Shown here in pieces: positions 21,346-31,094 of a stretch of DNA of 64,000 bases. The stretch is taken from the NCBI GenBank assembly GCA_037142195.1, contig JBAXBA010000005.1, forward strand, positions 18,457 to 82,456, in the 5' to 3' direction. The DNA comes from Pseudomonadota bacterium. GTDB taxonomy: Bacteria; Bdellovibrionota_B; Oligoflexia; Oligoflexales; CAIMVM01. Made by a program: the position numbers and the translations under genes. The notes under the pieces were generated by a model that searched no databases, was not told where the DNA came from, and saw nothing but the letters and a program-made list of their open reading frames with translations. The stretch's first letter is position 1. Every line of letters begins with the position of its first letter.

Positions 21346-22929
21346 TTAGTCTCCCTTGATTTCCGTTAACGATACATAGAGCGAAGTCCCTTGCCGATTG
21401 CATTTAAACTTCTTTCCACCGGCATGGGAGCTCGAACTCAGAACTACAAAATGACTTTGCCAATCTAAGCCGACTAAAGCATCTTTGACCAATATGGACG
21501 CCACGAAGTTGGAAGCGGAAACCTCTGAATCACTGAGAACTTGGTCTATGGGGAGAGAGGCGTTCATCTTTTTTGCGAGCTGAATATCCAAAGTTCGCAC
21601 CACCACGCGAGCATTCGCATTGGCCTTTTTTGCTGAAAGACCATCTGTTAGATTTCTAATCTCATTTTGAGAAGCGATCACGACTCCCTTCGCTCTCCCG
21701 ATATGGGCCCTCTTTAACGACTCAGCATCCAACTCGCGACCTTGAACAATCGGCACCAACTTTCTAAGGTCTTCTGAATAGTCGTCTTTTCCTCCATCAG
21801 ATACAGCGATGACATTTTCCCCTAGAGCGGTCAACTCTCTTGTAATACTGTAGCCCAGCTTTCCAAGTCCCGAAACGATGATGTGAGGCTTTTGGTCTCT
21901 AAATTGAGGCCCCACTAGATTTCTAAAACGCACAGAAATCATCCTATCGTTAATGAACGAAATGAGCCCGGCTACCATCACTAGCGAAAAGAACATTAAT
22001 ATAGATCCGTATATCTTAATCCAAGGTGTTGCATTCTGAAGAGATATGTCACCAAAGCCGGTTGTGGTCATGAGAGTCGATACAAAATATATAGAATCGA
22101 AAACATCCAAAGAAAGACTTTCCCGAAAGATATAAATACTAGAAAGGAAAATAGCCACTATAAAACCAAAGAGCACTTTAATCTGTTCCGGTATGTCCGT
22201 GAAACTTTGATAGACGTTTTTTATCGCCGTAACTACTTTTTTATGCCCGCTGAGTATACCCCTTGAAAGCGCTCCAGGAATCGAGGGGCTTTTAAAAGGT
22301 GAATTATCTGGACTCTTTATGACAAGAACTTTCCAAAGCCCGTGGCCAACGCTGGCTAAAACTTCGTCAGTAGTTCTTACATTGCCCTCAGACGTAACAC
22401 CACAAACTAGGAAATGGTTTTCCAAGACGTCAGAAACTTCATTCTTAGAAAGATCAGACAGAGAAATTTCTTGCAGTAAATAGATGGATTGGTCAATAAC
22501 CGCCTCGCCGAGTATACTTTTTCCTAAACTCGCCCGCACAAACATCGGCGTTGCAAGTGCTGTTGGATTCCAGGCTTCCAAATGAGGAAGCTGATCCTTT
22601 AAATGTTGAGCTAGGTCATCATGCTGAAGCCGCATGACGATTCGTACTTCGGGATTTAATCGGAATGCATCGAAAGCAATAGAAATGTTGTGGGAATCTG
22701 AATCGGTTACAATCACAATAACCTGTGCCTTTTGAATGCCAGCTTTATCCAATAGATCTTCACGCCGCGCGTCCCCAAAAAACACTTGAGCCCTTGATCC
22801 GCTTAAATATTGGTCCCAATCGGGGTGCGTTTTAAAAGTGACTATAGAAATCGTCGTAGAACTTACCTTTTCAAGGTAACCCAATATCCTAAATCCTACG
22901 CTCCCTAAGCCACAAACTATGGTATGAAT
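21346..22929 (-). CDS. Potassium channel, RCK_N - 2TM pore - RCK_N architecture
   Basis: Pore TTTGFGD; HIIVSGLGKLG Rossmann motif. A second motif, HTIVCGLGSVG, lies in frame upstream of the track's TTG (22884), so the start is probably ATT 22929. Confidence 0.85.
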   Translation of the reverse strand: MHTIVCGLGSVGFRILGYLEKVSSTTISIVTFKTHPDWDQYLSGSRAQVFFGDARREDLLDKAGIQKAQVIVIVTDSDSHNISIAFDAFRLNPEVRIVMRLQHDDLAQHLKDQLPHLEAWNPTALATPMFVRASLGKSILGEAVIDQSIYLLQEISLSDLSKNEVSDVLENHFLVCGVTSEGNVRTTDEVLASVGHGLWKVLVIKSPDNSPFKSPSIPGALSRGILSGHKKVVTAIKNVYQSFTDIPEQIKVLFGFIVAIFLSSIYIFRESLSLDVFDSIYFVSTLMTTTGFGDISLQNATPWIKIYGSILMFFSLVMVAGLISFINDRMISVRFRNLVGPQFRDQKPHIIVSGLGKLGYSITRELTALGENVIAVSDGGKDDYSEDLRKLVPIVQGRELDAESLKRAHIGRAKGVVIASQNEIRNLTDGLSAKKANANARVVVRTLDIQLAKKMNASLPIDQVLSDSEVSASNFVASILVKDALVGLDWQSHFVVLSSSSHAGGKKFKCNRQGTSLYVSLTEIKGD

Positions 22930-23481
22930 AGTATAATTACCTTTAAAATTTAATATGATTATAAGACATTGCAGAAATCCTGTCGATCTAAAGACGCCAC
23001 AATCTCTTATAAAGATTCCATTTTCGCCGCCCAGATGTTTTAGGATAAATTTAATTCTTGACCAAGAAAATGTAAGAAATCAGTAAGATGTTGAAACTCT
23101 CTTTTTGAATCGATTGGCTGAATCGCCTACTATCCTTTTAAATTAAAACCTGGGAGATCGTCGCCATCAATGTCTTTCGCTGACATCAATAGCTGGAATT
23201 GTTTCCAAATTCCAAAACAGCTCTACTAAAACTTTTCTTAAGGCAACATGGAAAGTGGCTTAAAAACCTAAAGGGAATCTCCAAAGACTCGCGATCTTAA
23301 ATAGATTCCCATACAATTGACGAGACACACCCCATGGCTTGCTGCGACTCGATACTTGGTGTTGGCTGGAACCTGCATAGACAAAAAGAACCCAGTAACT
23401 ATAGCCTTCACCTAGTCCACGAGATGCCGCTGGGAGAGGAATGAGATGGACTGTTTTCCACTAAAATTGACGGCTTCAGCC

Positions 23482-24375
23482 CTAGGGTACAACTAGCACC
23501 GGAATGCCGCCATTAAAAGCTCCGTATTGCACCACACAAGTCCCATTTATCAGATCCATTCTAGCCTTGCCATCAGATGTTTGATTGACGACTCCCCAAG
23601 GAATATTCATACCATCTACAGTCATATAGGCGACGTTGTTGGAATCATAGTGCACGGGAGTAACATTAGAAGTTCTCACGCCATTGCGGAAAACGGGAGA
23701 CGTTATGCTATTCACGCTATAGCCTTTACCGTTAGATAGCACGACATACATACTTGTAAATTTAGAGACCACCGTCGTGGCACCCGTCATGAAATTTGCG
23801 GTTGCGGTTTGGCTAAACTGACTGCCCCCGACGCTCACCGTCTGATTTCGAGCCATTACTTCTGGGGCGCAGGCGGCATAAGTTGGCGGAAGAGGTTGAG
23901 GCTCAGGAACAGGAGTTGAAGGCGGATTGGATACGGGAGGAGTTCCCTTAGAAGGCGGGACGTAAGTGCTTGACGCAGGGGGCGGCGCTTGTTTGGAATA
24001 GACAGGTACATTGGATTGCGAAGGATAGCTGTTTTGGGCATCAGGCCCTGGAAATCCGTACCCAGGTATCCAAAAATTTCCGACAATTTGATTGGAACCA
24101 TAATAAGGAATATAGCCTGGATTGGTACCATTTCCTACCGTACCACCCTTGCCTACCACGGTTTGACCATTATTATAGGGGTAGCTTTGGGCTGGCTGGT
24201 TCTGGTAACCATTTCCGGAGTAGTTGGGATAGGAACCCGGATTCGGCTGATAGTTGGGATTTCCTAAGCAGCCAGTGCTATTGCATTTTTGATCATCTAT
24301 AGAAACGATTTTACGGTTAGTTCCACCTGTGGACTGGCAACCAACGACCAACGTCACAAATATAAATGCACGCAT
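23482..24375 (-). CDS. Hypothetical lipoprotein with a long Y/G/N/Q/P/S-rich low-complexity region
   Basis: Lipobox VVGC; GGAGG SD; low-complexity N-half and Pro-rich linker; beta-rich C-terminal domain. Confidence 0.7.
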   Translation of the reverse strand: MRAFIFVTLVVGCQSTGGTNRKIVSIDDQKCNSTGCLGNPNYQPNPGSYPNYSGNGYQNQPAQSYPYNNGQTVVGKGGTVGNGTNPGYIPYYGSNQIVGNFWIPGYGFPGPDAQNSYPSQSNVPVYSKQAPPPASSTYVPPSKGTPPVSNPPSTPVPEPQPLPPTYAACAPEVMARNQTVSVGGSQFSQTATANFMTGATTVVSKFTSMYVVLSNGKGYSVNSITSPVFRNGVRTSNVTPVHYDSNNVAYMTVDGMNIPWGVVNQTSDGKARMDLINGTCVVQYGAFNGGIPVLVVP

Positions 24376-25375
24376 GCAACCTCCAATCCCTCTAGCGAGA
24401 CTTGTTGTACCTTTAATGTAACTTGGAAATTAAGGTAATCTACTCGGCAAATTATACCGTCACCTTGTACTTACAAAAAAGCCCCCTCGTGAAATTAAGA
24501 AACTCTTTTTTGAACTCAAGGGTACAAAAATAAGGAAAGGCTAAACCTCGCCCTAGTGGCAGTTGAATGGAAGCATATTAGAGAATAAGGCTAGAAACTT
24601 TCTACTTAGTTCTTAAGCCATGCTTTTCTGATTCCAGACCTTGCACTGCTGTTTTGATCTGTTCGCAAGGTGCAGGAAACTTCTGCAAACAATCTGTGAA
24701 ATACCTTCTTTCTGAGTGGAGCCGAGAATGCTTCTCTGCCGCGTCCTAGCCGAAAGCAACTCTCTTCATGATCCTTTGAAACATTCCAAACCTATGAAAA
24801 ACATAAACCATCAAACCCATTCGCAAGTGGTCCAAGTGACTTCAGATTTCCTAGGGCCCATTACCGTGAACTTACCAAGTGGCACTCGATCATGTGTTTA
24901 AGGAAGCTCTCATAATCCTTAATCTTTAAAAAGATCTTTTGTCAGATCAACCACAAGAAAAAATAGAAAAGCTAAGAGCACCTCTGTATCTTGAATACTA
25001 TTTAATATGGTGTGGGTCATTAACATAAGGTTTAACTTCCGAAAACCAGGAAGAAGGATATTTTAACCAAAACTCGCTTAAATCCAAAAAGACTTTACCG
25101 CACATGCCACTAACCCCATCAAACCACAAAAAATCCCTTTCTTTGCACGGACGAGATCGTTTTGGAAAAATTCTTCATGGAATCATGGCCTTATTTCGTT
25201 ATGGAAAGGATTAGAATTTGATCGTCGTTAGGTGATTTCAGGCGACGATTTTAGTCAACTTTGGTAGAGTAGGATGCTTAAGGACGTGCAATCTATTGAT
25301 AAGCAAGAATGGCGATGATGATATAACTTGCCTTTGCATTTTATACTCGTCGCACGTACAGAAGGTGAAAACAGT

Positions 25376-27301
25376 ATGTGTGGAATCTTAGCAGTATTTT
25401 CCCCCAAAAATTTCTCAGTCGATCCTATCAAATTGAAAAATGCGGCAGACATAATGTACCATCGCGGGCCCGACGGCCAAAACATCTGGCATGACGCCAA
25501 GCACCAGGTTGGTTTAGGACATGCGCGCTTATCTATTATTGATTTGAACCATGGGCACCAGCCTCTAAAAAACCAAGATGCCACTTGCATCGCAGTCGTC
25601 AATGGTGAACTCTACGACTACAAAAGAATCCGTGCTGAGCTACAGGCAGATGGGGCTGTTTTTCGTACAGAGTCCGATAGCGAAATCCTTCTTCATTTGT
25701 GGGAGAAGTACGGAGCCGAATGCGTACACCATATGCGAGGAGAGTTTTCCTTTGTGCTTTGGGATGCTCGCCAGGAAGTATTATTTGTAGGGCGAGACCG
25801 TTTTGGGATTAAACCTCTCTATTTTGCCCAGAGCCAAGACACTTGGTTTTTTGCGTCAGAAGTAAAAGCTTTGAAGTCCCTCGGGATTCCTTTGTCTTTT
25901 GAAGCTACGGCAACCATGCTTGCTTTTACATACGGTCTTTGCGACTCAAGAACTTTGTTTGATGGTGTGGAACAGCTCCCTCCAGGCCATACGCTGCTCC
26001 TTTCCAAAGGGCATTCTTCACTTAAAAAATATTGGGATTTCCATTACCCGCTCCGTGGCCACACCTCAAACATGGACTTTCAGGATGCCGTTTCCACTCT
26101 CCGCTCCCACCTTTTGGAATCCGTGGAATTGCGTTTGGGAGCCGACGTTCCAGTCTCAGTCTACTTGAGCGGCGGAATTGACTCTTCAGTTCTAGCTGGC
26201 ATGGCACAACAGGTGAGTTCCTATGCTCCGAAATGCTATACGGTCAGTTTTCAGGACGCAAATTTTGATGAACTTTCTTTTGCAAAGGAGACAGCCGAAA
26301 AGTTCCATTTGCCCCTCCATGTCCTAAGCGTCTCTGATAGCGATTTGGCAGATCATTTCTCAGAGGCCATTTACCGCGCAGAAAGCCTCATCGAAAACCC
26401 TGCCCCCATAGCCAAATTTTTGCTAAGTCGAGAAGTACACCAAAACGGAGACCGCGTGGTGCTCACTGGTGAAGGATCCGATGAGATCTTTGGTGGATAT
26501 CCGCACTTTAGACAAGATATGTTTCTTCACAATCGTGAAGGACAAGATCCAGCAGAACTTAAAGATTTTCAGGAATTAATTACAAAAGCAAATTCACGTT
26601 TTTCTGGTGGGCTCTTGGGAGACTTTGTTGCTAGTGGGCAAAAAGATTTTGATACCCTTCTTGGATTTACTCCCATGATCTATAAAACTATTAGCTCCGC
26701 TAGTGAACGCGTGATGGGACTGTTTGATGATCCATCACTCGTAGCAAAAAAGAAAGATAGCCTTGCCAAGATGTTTCTATCATCTTTCGAAATCAACGGG
26801 CAGCTGGCAGGCCGTGACCCTCTCAATATTTCCATGTATTTGTGGTCAAAATCATTTCTCATCAATCGACTTTTAAGGGCCTATGGCGATGGCATGGAAA
26901 TGAGTCATTCTGTTGAAGGACGGGTCCCCTTTTTAGATCATAAACTCGTGGAATTTGTTAAAACCTTGCCAACTCATTTCAAATCTCGGGGACTGACCGA
27001 TAAATATATCCTTAGAGAGGCTGCAAAGCCTTTTATCTCAGAAAGCATCTATCGACGGCAGAAGCACCCTTTTTCAGCCCCCGTGATGCCCATGGGCAGT
27101 AAGAGCCGACTCAATCAATTTATGCGCGACACTTTGAAGAGCGATGCTATGAGACGTATCGGCATTTTCAGTAAGAAAGCATGCGAGGGCATTGCGGATC
27201 ATTTAGGTGACTCAGCCGCCCCCAATGAACCGAACATCGAAATGCTCGCCCTTAGAATGGCCAGCATGGCTGTTATACAGGAAAGACTCATTGAAAGTTA
27301 A
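25376..27301 (+). CDS. asnB: Asparagine synthase (glutamine-hydrolysing)
   Basis: Start at MCGI (Ntn Cys); HRGPD, NGELY, RDRFGIKPLY, YLSGGIDSS, LTGEGSDE, EGRVPFLD. Confidence 0.93.
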   Translation: MCGILAVFSPKNFSVDPIKLKNAADIMYHRGPDGQNIWHDAKHQVGLGHARLSIIDLNHGHQPLKNQDATCIAVVNGELYDYKRIRAELQADGAVFRTESDSEILLHLWEKYGAECVHHMRGEFSFVLWDARQEVLFVGRDRFGIKPLYFAQSQDTWFFASEVKALKSLGIPLSFEATATMLAFTYGLCDSRTLFDGVEQLPPGHTLLLSKGHSSLKKYWDFHYPLRGHTSNMDFQDAVSTLRSHLLESVELRLGADVPVSVYLSGGIDSSVLAGMAQQVSSYAPKCYTVSFQDANFDELSFAKETAEKFHLPLHVLSVSDSDLADHFSEAIYRAESLIENPAPIAKFLLSREVHQNGDRVVLTGEGSDEIFGGYPHFRQDMFLHNREGQDPAELKDFQELITKANSRFSGGLLGDFVASGQKDFDTLLGFTPMIYKTISSASERVMGLFDDPSLVAKKKDSLAKMFLSSFEINGQLAGRDPLNISMYLWSKSFLINRLLRAYGDGMEMSHSVEGRVPFLDHKLVEFVKTLPTHFKSRGLTDKYILREAAKPFISESIYRRQKHPFSAPVMPMGSKSRLNQFMRDTLKSDAMRRIGIFSKKACEGIADHLGDSAAPNEPNIEMLALRMASMAVIQERLIES

Positions 27302-27454
27302 CGGGAACGCTCTTTAGTTCGCAATAAAATCCTTAGAAAGCATTGCATTCAAATCTTCTGAAAGGATTAGATGCCATGCTTTTAAGTTTTCTTGAAACGC
27401 CTTGATGCATACCTCTTAAAAAGGCCCTCTTAATTAAAAGAAGTTTTCTAGCGG

Positions 27455-27970
27455 TCAAAGTATCTTTTCAAATCGCAAGTCCGCCCACAGTCTACCTTGC
27501 CAATAAGTAAAGTCGGGAATGGTATGGAAGTGGCTATAGTTCATTTTTTCGTAAAGCCTTATGGCAGGATGGTTAAACTCAAAGACACCTAACTCAATCC
27601 GTCTGCCTCCCTGCTTGGCCACCTCGATTTCTAAAAACTCTAAAGCTTTAGTGCCAAATCCTCGACCTCTAAACTCCTCAGATCCGATGCCAATACCGAG
27701 CCATGCGGTCTTGGGTTGAGATTTAAGAAGAGCTGGATGTTCGAAAACAAAATTGAATTCACCAACAAGCTCATTATTCTCATAAATTCCAAAGCGAGTT
27801 GCCTTGTCGGAGTTCAGGGACTGTTGTAAGTGCTGCCAAGATTTGAATACTGGAGGTGCTTCTAAATCTTTGTTGACTGTACAAAAAGCGGCATATTTCG
27901 GATCATTTCCCCAGGAAAACATACATTTCGCTTCACACTCACCTATCTTCTCCATGGGACGGATTTGCAT
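27455..27970 (-). CDS. GNAT family N-acetyltransferase
   Basis: FRGRGFGT motif A; N.PAIRLYEKM. Confidence 0.88.
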   Translation of the reverse strand: MQIRPMEKIGECEAKCMFSWGNDPKYAAFCTVNKDLEAPPVFKSWQHLQQSLNSDKATRFGIYENNELVGEFNFVFEHPALLKSQPKTAWLGIGIGSEEFRGRGFGTKALEFLEIEVAKQGGRRIELGVFEFNHPAIRLYEKMNYSHFHTIPDFTYWQGRLWADLRFEKIL

Positions 27971-28092
27971 TTTTATCCTTGTCAGTCAGCTGTTTATGAT
28001 TCCCCAGTCTTTAGACTCGTCTGAAAAACTAGGAAATTACAGTGATTCTCCGTTTCAATCGCCTCATTATAAGCTGTAAATGATAATTAGAA

Positions 28093-28482
28093 CTAAGTTT
28101 CAAACTTGCGATCAGCAGGATGGTTAATCCCGTCCATGACCGGAACTACACCCAGTTCAAAAGGATTTACCCCTTCTAGGCACGCCACATTGAAACCGAA
28201 CTGATTGGGGTTCGAACGCCGTTGATGATGGGTATAGATTCCGCATACGGAACAGAAGTAGTGTTTTGCCGTCATCGTATTAAACTGATAAAGCGTAAGC
28301 TTTTCTTGACCTTTAACAATTTTCAGACCTTCAAGAGAGACTGAGGCAGCAATAGCCCCCCGCATTCTACACATAGAACAATCACAGCGCCTAGGATTTT
28401 CTATGCCATTAGGTAGATGCAATTCGAATTGAATCGCCTTGCAGTGGCATGATGCTTTATGGAATTCATTTATAGCAATCAT
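28093..28482 (-). CDS. GFA/CENP-V family zinc protein
   Basis: CHC, CDCSMCR and HYFCSVCGIYTHH motifs. Confidence 0.93.
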   Translation of the reverse strand: MIAINEFHKASCHCKAIQFELHLPNGIENPRRCDCSMCRMRGAIAASVSLEGLKIVKGQEKLTLYQFNTMTAKHYFCSVCGIYTHHQRRSNPNQFGFNVACLEGVNPFELGVVPVMDGINHPADRKFET

Positions 28483-29042
28483 TAAAACCTCAACCGATAG
28501 AATCAGAGTGCATTTTATACAAAGAACGACCTATTTCCATAGAAATATTCCAAAAAGCACCAAAGAATTGTCTTTTCAGCTGAATTTGCTTAGGAAAATA
28601 CGTTAAAACAAACTTCTTGCAACCACCAACAGAGACAATGTAGTCGATTTTTTCATTTGGCACGAGTCTCGTCTATAGCTAGGCATCAGAATAGAACAAG
28701 TCGTCTTCCGATCTCTAGCAATCACGACTGTCGAATTCATTCCGCTAGACTTGAAACTAAATGATGAGGCAAATGCCAGTTCTGCGCATATAAATGGCGC
28801 TTTAATTGTAGGGCGTCATTTCCCCTGAGGGCTTTAGTGCAGAAATCTACAATGAGAATCCATACTCATAAAATCTTCTACCCTCTCACCATTTAATACA
28901 GCCTCGACTAGGCATTGTAGATTCAGTCCTAATGCGCTCCGACACTGATTCTCCCTCCCTTAGGAACAAAGGCTAGGAAAAAGGAATTGACTCATGTCGT
29001 GTTTTAAACTGAGAATAGAACAAACTGTACCAGGAGAGCGAT

Positions 29043-29939
29043 TTGAAAGCAAAATTAGTATATGCCGTAGCGGCATGCTGCAGTTTGTTCTTATCCGGCG
29101 TTTCTCAGTCTTCGGATGTTCGTGAATTGCCTCGTCACTTATGGGTTGATCAGCTTCAAGACAAGTCTCCACCTATTATGGACCGAGAGTCCTTTGAAAA
29201 ATTAGTCGTGAGTGTTTTGTCCTACTTTGACAAATACGCTGCTAAGAATCGTGCAAAAATTACTTACGAGATATTTTGGGATAGCTCCTCAAGCGGAGCT
29301 TTTACTCTACGAAAAGATCAGGGACATACATGGCATTTTTTCGTTTATGATGGAGTTCTTAGACTTCCCTATGCGACTGAAGATCTCATTTCATCGATAC
29401 TATGTCACGAAGTTGGACATCATCTTGGAGGATATCCCTTTAAAGAAAATGCATGGGCTGCTGCAGAGGGACAAGCTGACTATTTTGCGATGCATGTCTG
29501 TCTACCTGAACTTTTTGCTCGTAAACCCCAAAAAAACGCCGAATATCGCGATCGAGCTCCTTTAGTCTTAAAGCAGCTTTGTGACAAGTCCTTCGCCGAT
29601 CCCATAAGACGAGATGTCTGCTACCGAGAAGCAGTAACCGTTGAAACCCTTCTTAAATACGAAGGAAGTGATGGCAAAGTTAAGCTCTCGCTTACAAATA
29701 GAGATCCTCTCAAAGTTGACACTACTAACTTACTTCATCCTGGTGCGCAGTGTAGAATCGACACCGCTATTTCCGGCGCCATGTGCAGCATGAAATTTCA
29801 ACTAGGATATGTCCCTGGATATTTTGATAAGGGTCAGAATACGCCTGAAGCTGAGTTAGACTCTAATCAGTATGTATGTAATGGTGAAGGCCAATTGTCA
29901 TCCCGTCCGTCATGCTGGTATCACTCTGTAGTTCATTAA
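29043..29939 (+). CDS. Secreted zinc metallopeptidase (HExxH, M48-like)
   Basis: Signal peptide; CHEVGHHLGG and downstream EGQADYFA; Cys-rich C-terminus. Confidence 0.7.
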   Translation: MKAKLVYAVAACCSLFLSGVSQSSDVRELPRHLWVDQLQDKSPPIMDRESFEKLVVSVLSYFDKYAAKNRAKITYEIFWDSSSSGAFTLRKDQGHTWHFFVYDGVLRLPYATEDLISSILCHEVGHHLGGYPFKENAWAAAEGQADYFAMHVCLPELFARKPQKNAEYRDRAPLVLKQLCDKSFADPIRRDVCYREAVTVETLLKYEGSDGKVKLSLTNRDPLKVDTTNLLHPGAQCRIDTAISGAMCSMKFQLGYVPGYFDKGQNTPEAELDSNQYVCNGEGQLSSRPSCWYHSVVH

Positions 29940-30146
29940 GTGACTTCCTGTCGCCGCACTCAATCCCTTGATGCAACAGAGTTAAGATAGATAAATCAAA
30001 CAAAGACAAATAATTTTCTTGTTTTATGGAGACCTAATAGAGGACAATAGATAAAACGCATATTTAGGGGATCAGGTGTGAATTTAGGTACTACTAAATT
30101 GTGTTTTATGCTTCTTTTAACGGCTATTTTCGTAATTTAAGGAGAA

Positions 30147-31085
30147 ATGATGAAAATACTTGGAATTGCACTGGCAGTCGTTTTGGTGTCTGGCTTAAGT
30201 TTGGCAAATCCGCCCAGACCACATCATTCCGGCGAAGCCCCGTGGAGGGAGCCTCTGTCGGAAGATCGGTCAAAAGATTTTTCCGTCCGAGAGGCTAATG
30301 GAGAGAAAATTGTCGTAGATAACTTCTTAGGAATGGAATGGGCTGGAAAAGCCTCAGAAAACTTGGATTGGTATGGAGCTTATGACTATTGTGAAAAATC
30401 AACCTATGCAGGATATTCTGATTGGCGTCTACCCACCTACTGGGAGATGATTAGTATTCAGTTGAAGTATACAAAGGAACAAGGGGTCTATCCTATCTTT
30501 TCGCATTTAAAAGGCAAAAGAGCCATTTGGTCAAGCGATGATAGTGTTTCCATTGATCAGCCGGACTGGGATGATCGCTGGGCGCTATTTGTTGAGCCCG
30601 GCTTGGTTACTTTTGAATTAATTAAGGAAGAATACACTGCGCAATGTATTAGAGGTGAAGAAAAGCCAGCAGCTGGCCCACAGGGACAAGATCGGTATAA
30701 AGAGATACAGCCAGACCTTATTTTAGATACAAAAGCTAATTTGCTTTGGACCGGCCCTAGAAATCCTAAAGTTAGTAAAGAACTGCTCTTTACTGATGTT
30801 GAGAATTGGTATGTTGCTAATCTTTGGTGCGAGGATTTAGTATTTGCTGGGCGATCGGATTGGCGTTTGCCCCGTTTAGATGAAGTCGTCATTATTGGTG
30901 ATTTAAGAATCCCTACAGTTTTTACCAGCATGCCTAAAATCCCCAACTCTCCCCTAGGTTTTTGGACGTCTAGCGCGGCCATTAATCCCGTCGGTCCCGC
31001 GAATTGGATTGTCGATCTTTTAGGACAGGCCTATGTTCATAGTAAAGAAGAAAAGCATATATTTGGTTGCGTCCATTCAAATTAA
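30147..31085 (+). CDS. Secreted protein with two DUF1566/Lcl-type (C-type lectin-like fold) domains
   Basis: Signal peptide; two copies of W..A..(Y/W)C....(Y/F)AG.SDWRLP...E; AAGGAG SD. Confidence 0.85.
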   Translation: MMKILGIALAVVLVSGLSLANPPRPHHSGEAPWREPLSEDRSKDFSVREANGEKIVVDNFLGMEWAGKASENLDWYGAYDYCEKSTYAGYSDWRLPTYWEMISIQLKYTKEQGVYPIFSHLKGKRAIWSSDDSVSIDQPDWDDRWALFVEPGLVTFELIKEEYTAQCIRGEEKPAAGPQGQDRYKEIQPDLILDTKANLLWTGPRNPKVSKELLFTDVENWYVANLWCEDLVFAGRSDWRLPRLDEVVIIGDLRIPTVFTSMPKIPNSPLGFWTSSAAINPVGPANWIVDLLGQAYVHSKEEKHIFGCVHSN

Positions 31086-31094
31086 GGAGGATTT

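Noticed and set aside
25376..27301. asnB as a lasso-peptide cyclase or BGC amidotransferase
   Set aside because: Intact Ntn Cys glutaminase domain; no precursor, B protein or biosynthetic neighbours
30147..31085. DUF1566 gene as a diversity-generating retroelement target
   Set aside because: No reverse transcriptase and no template-repeat copy of its 3' end seen in the window; a remote DGR cannot be excluded
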